64,000 nt of DNA from Camelus ferus. Its lineage: Eukaryota. The stretch spans positions 36,768,001-36,832,000 of the forward strand of contig NC_045697.1 of assembly GCF_009834535.1 (NCBI RefSeq), in the 5' to 3' direction. The notes below the pieces were generated by a model. It made no database searches. It saw only the letters and a program-made list of their open reading frames with translations, and was not told the origin of the DNA. The translations under genes and the position numbers were made by a program. Below are positions 62,828 to 64,000 of this stretch, in pieces (within the stretch, counting starts at the first letter, position 1; the number at the start of each line of letters is the position of its first letter).

Positions 62828-63857
62828 AAACAAAACAACAACCTACAGAACGGGAGAAAATTTTTGCAAATGAAACCGACAAAGGCTTGATCTCCAGAAT
62901 ATATAAGCAGCTCACACGACTCAATAAGAAAAAAATAAACAACCCAATCCGAAAATGGGCAGATGACCTAAAGAAGCAATTCTCCAAGGAAGACATACAA
63001 ATGATCAATAGGCACATGAAAAAATGCTCAGTATCACAAATTATCAGAGAAATGCGAATCAAAACTACGATGAGGTTTCACCTCACACCAGTGAGAATGG
63101 CCATCATTCAAAAGTCCACAAATGACAAATGCTGGAGAGGCTGTGGAGAAAAGGGAACCCTCCTACACTGCTGGTGGGAATGCAGTTTGGTGCAGCCACT
63201 GTGGAAAACAGTATGGAGATTCCTCAAAAGACTAGGAATAGACTTACCATATGGCCCAGGAATCCAGCTCCTGCGCATATATCCAGAAGGAACCCTACTT
63301 CAAAATGACACCTGCACCCCAATGTTCATAGCAGCACTATTTACAATAGCCAAGACATGGAAACAGCCTAAATGTCCATCAACAGATGACTAGGTAAAGA
63401 AGATGTGGTATATTTATGCAATGGAATACTATTCAGGCACAAAAACCGACAACATAATGCCATTTGCAGCAACATGAATGTTACTGGAGAATGTCATCCT
63501 AAGTAAGCCAGAAAGAGAAAGAAAAATACCATATGAGATCGCTTATATGCGGAATCTAAAAAAAAAAAAACATAAATACAAAACAGAAATAGACTCATAG
63601 ACATAGAATACAAACAGGTGGTTGCCAGGGGGTCTGGGGGTGGGAAGGGACTGGGATTTCAAAATGTAGAATAGATAAACAAGATTGTACTGTGTAGCAC
63701 AGGGAACTATATACAGGATCTTGTGGTGGCTCACAGCAAAAGAGAATGTGACAATGAATTTATGTATGTTCATGTATAACTGAAAAATCATGCTCTACGC
63801 TGGAATTTGACACAACATTGTAAAATGACTAAAACTCAATAGAAAAAATGTTTTAAA
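62828..63857 (+). mobile_element. Young 5'-truncated L1 (type B) with perfect 19-bp TSD
   Basis: TSD aaaaatctgtagctctcta at 62809-62827 and 63858-63876, at a TTTTT/AAAAA L1 endonuclease site. Confidence 0.95.
62887..63393 (+). pseudogene. L1 ORF2p C-terminal fragment containing the Cys-rich CX3CX7HX4C motif
   Basis: Translation contains [19 protein letters not shown] and [23 protein letters not shown]; ends at a TAG where the copy near 3438 has TGG. Confidence 0.9.
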
Positions 63858-64000
63858 AAAAATCTGTAGCTCTCTACAGAATTTAGTCTAAAGATTATTT
63901 CTGTCTGAATATACTGCATGGTATATATGATTTATTTTATTATTGGGAAAAATTAAATCAATATCAAAAAATGTTATCTATAGTATGCTAGCATGCATTA

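Noticed and set aside
1..64000. A novel multi-gene system, operon or CRISPR-like array
   Set aside because: This is repeat-rich eutherian DNA. All ORFs are 168 aa or shorter, many begin at non-ATG codons and overlap decayed repeats, and I saw no regularly spaced repeat-spacer array.

Overview
Mammalian (eutherian) non-coding DNA, most likely from a camelid: it carries three tRNA-derived SINEs of the vic-1 type and young L1 3' ends typical of that lineage. I recognise no protein-coding gene, RNA gene or CRISPR array. The only ORF with recognisable protein homology is a 168-aa C-terminal fragment of L1 ORF2 (62887-63393). The window is a layered mosaic of retroelements and DNA transposons: MIR, L2, old L1M, HAL1, ERVL/MaLR LTRs (MLT1, MLT2, LTR16), hAT-Charlie elements (MER5, MER20, MER102- and MER113-like), and young 5'-truncated L1s and SINEs with readable target-site duplications (TSDs). 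Several nested insertions let the families be ordered in time. The unique spacers hold a small CpG-rich island (about 38.8-39.1 kb), a possible minus-strand exon pair (about 24.7-24.9 kb) and some motif-dense candidate enhancers. I found no convincing novel biological system. Repeat subfamily names come from recalled consensus similarity, not a database search, and boundaries without a TSD are approximate.
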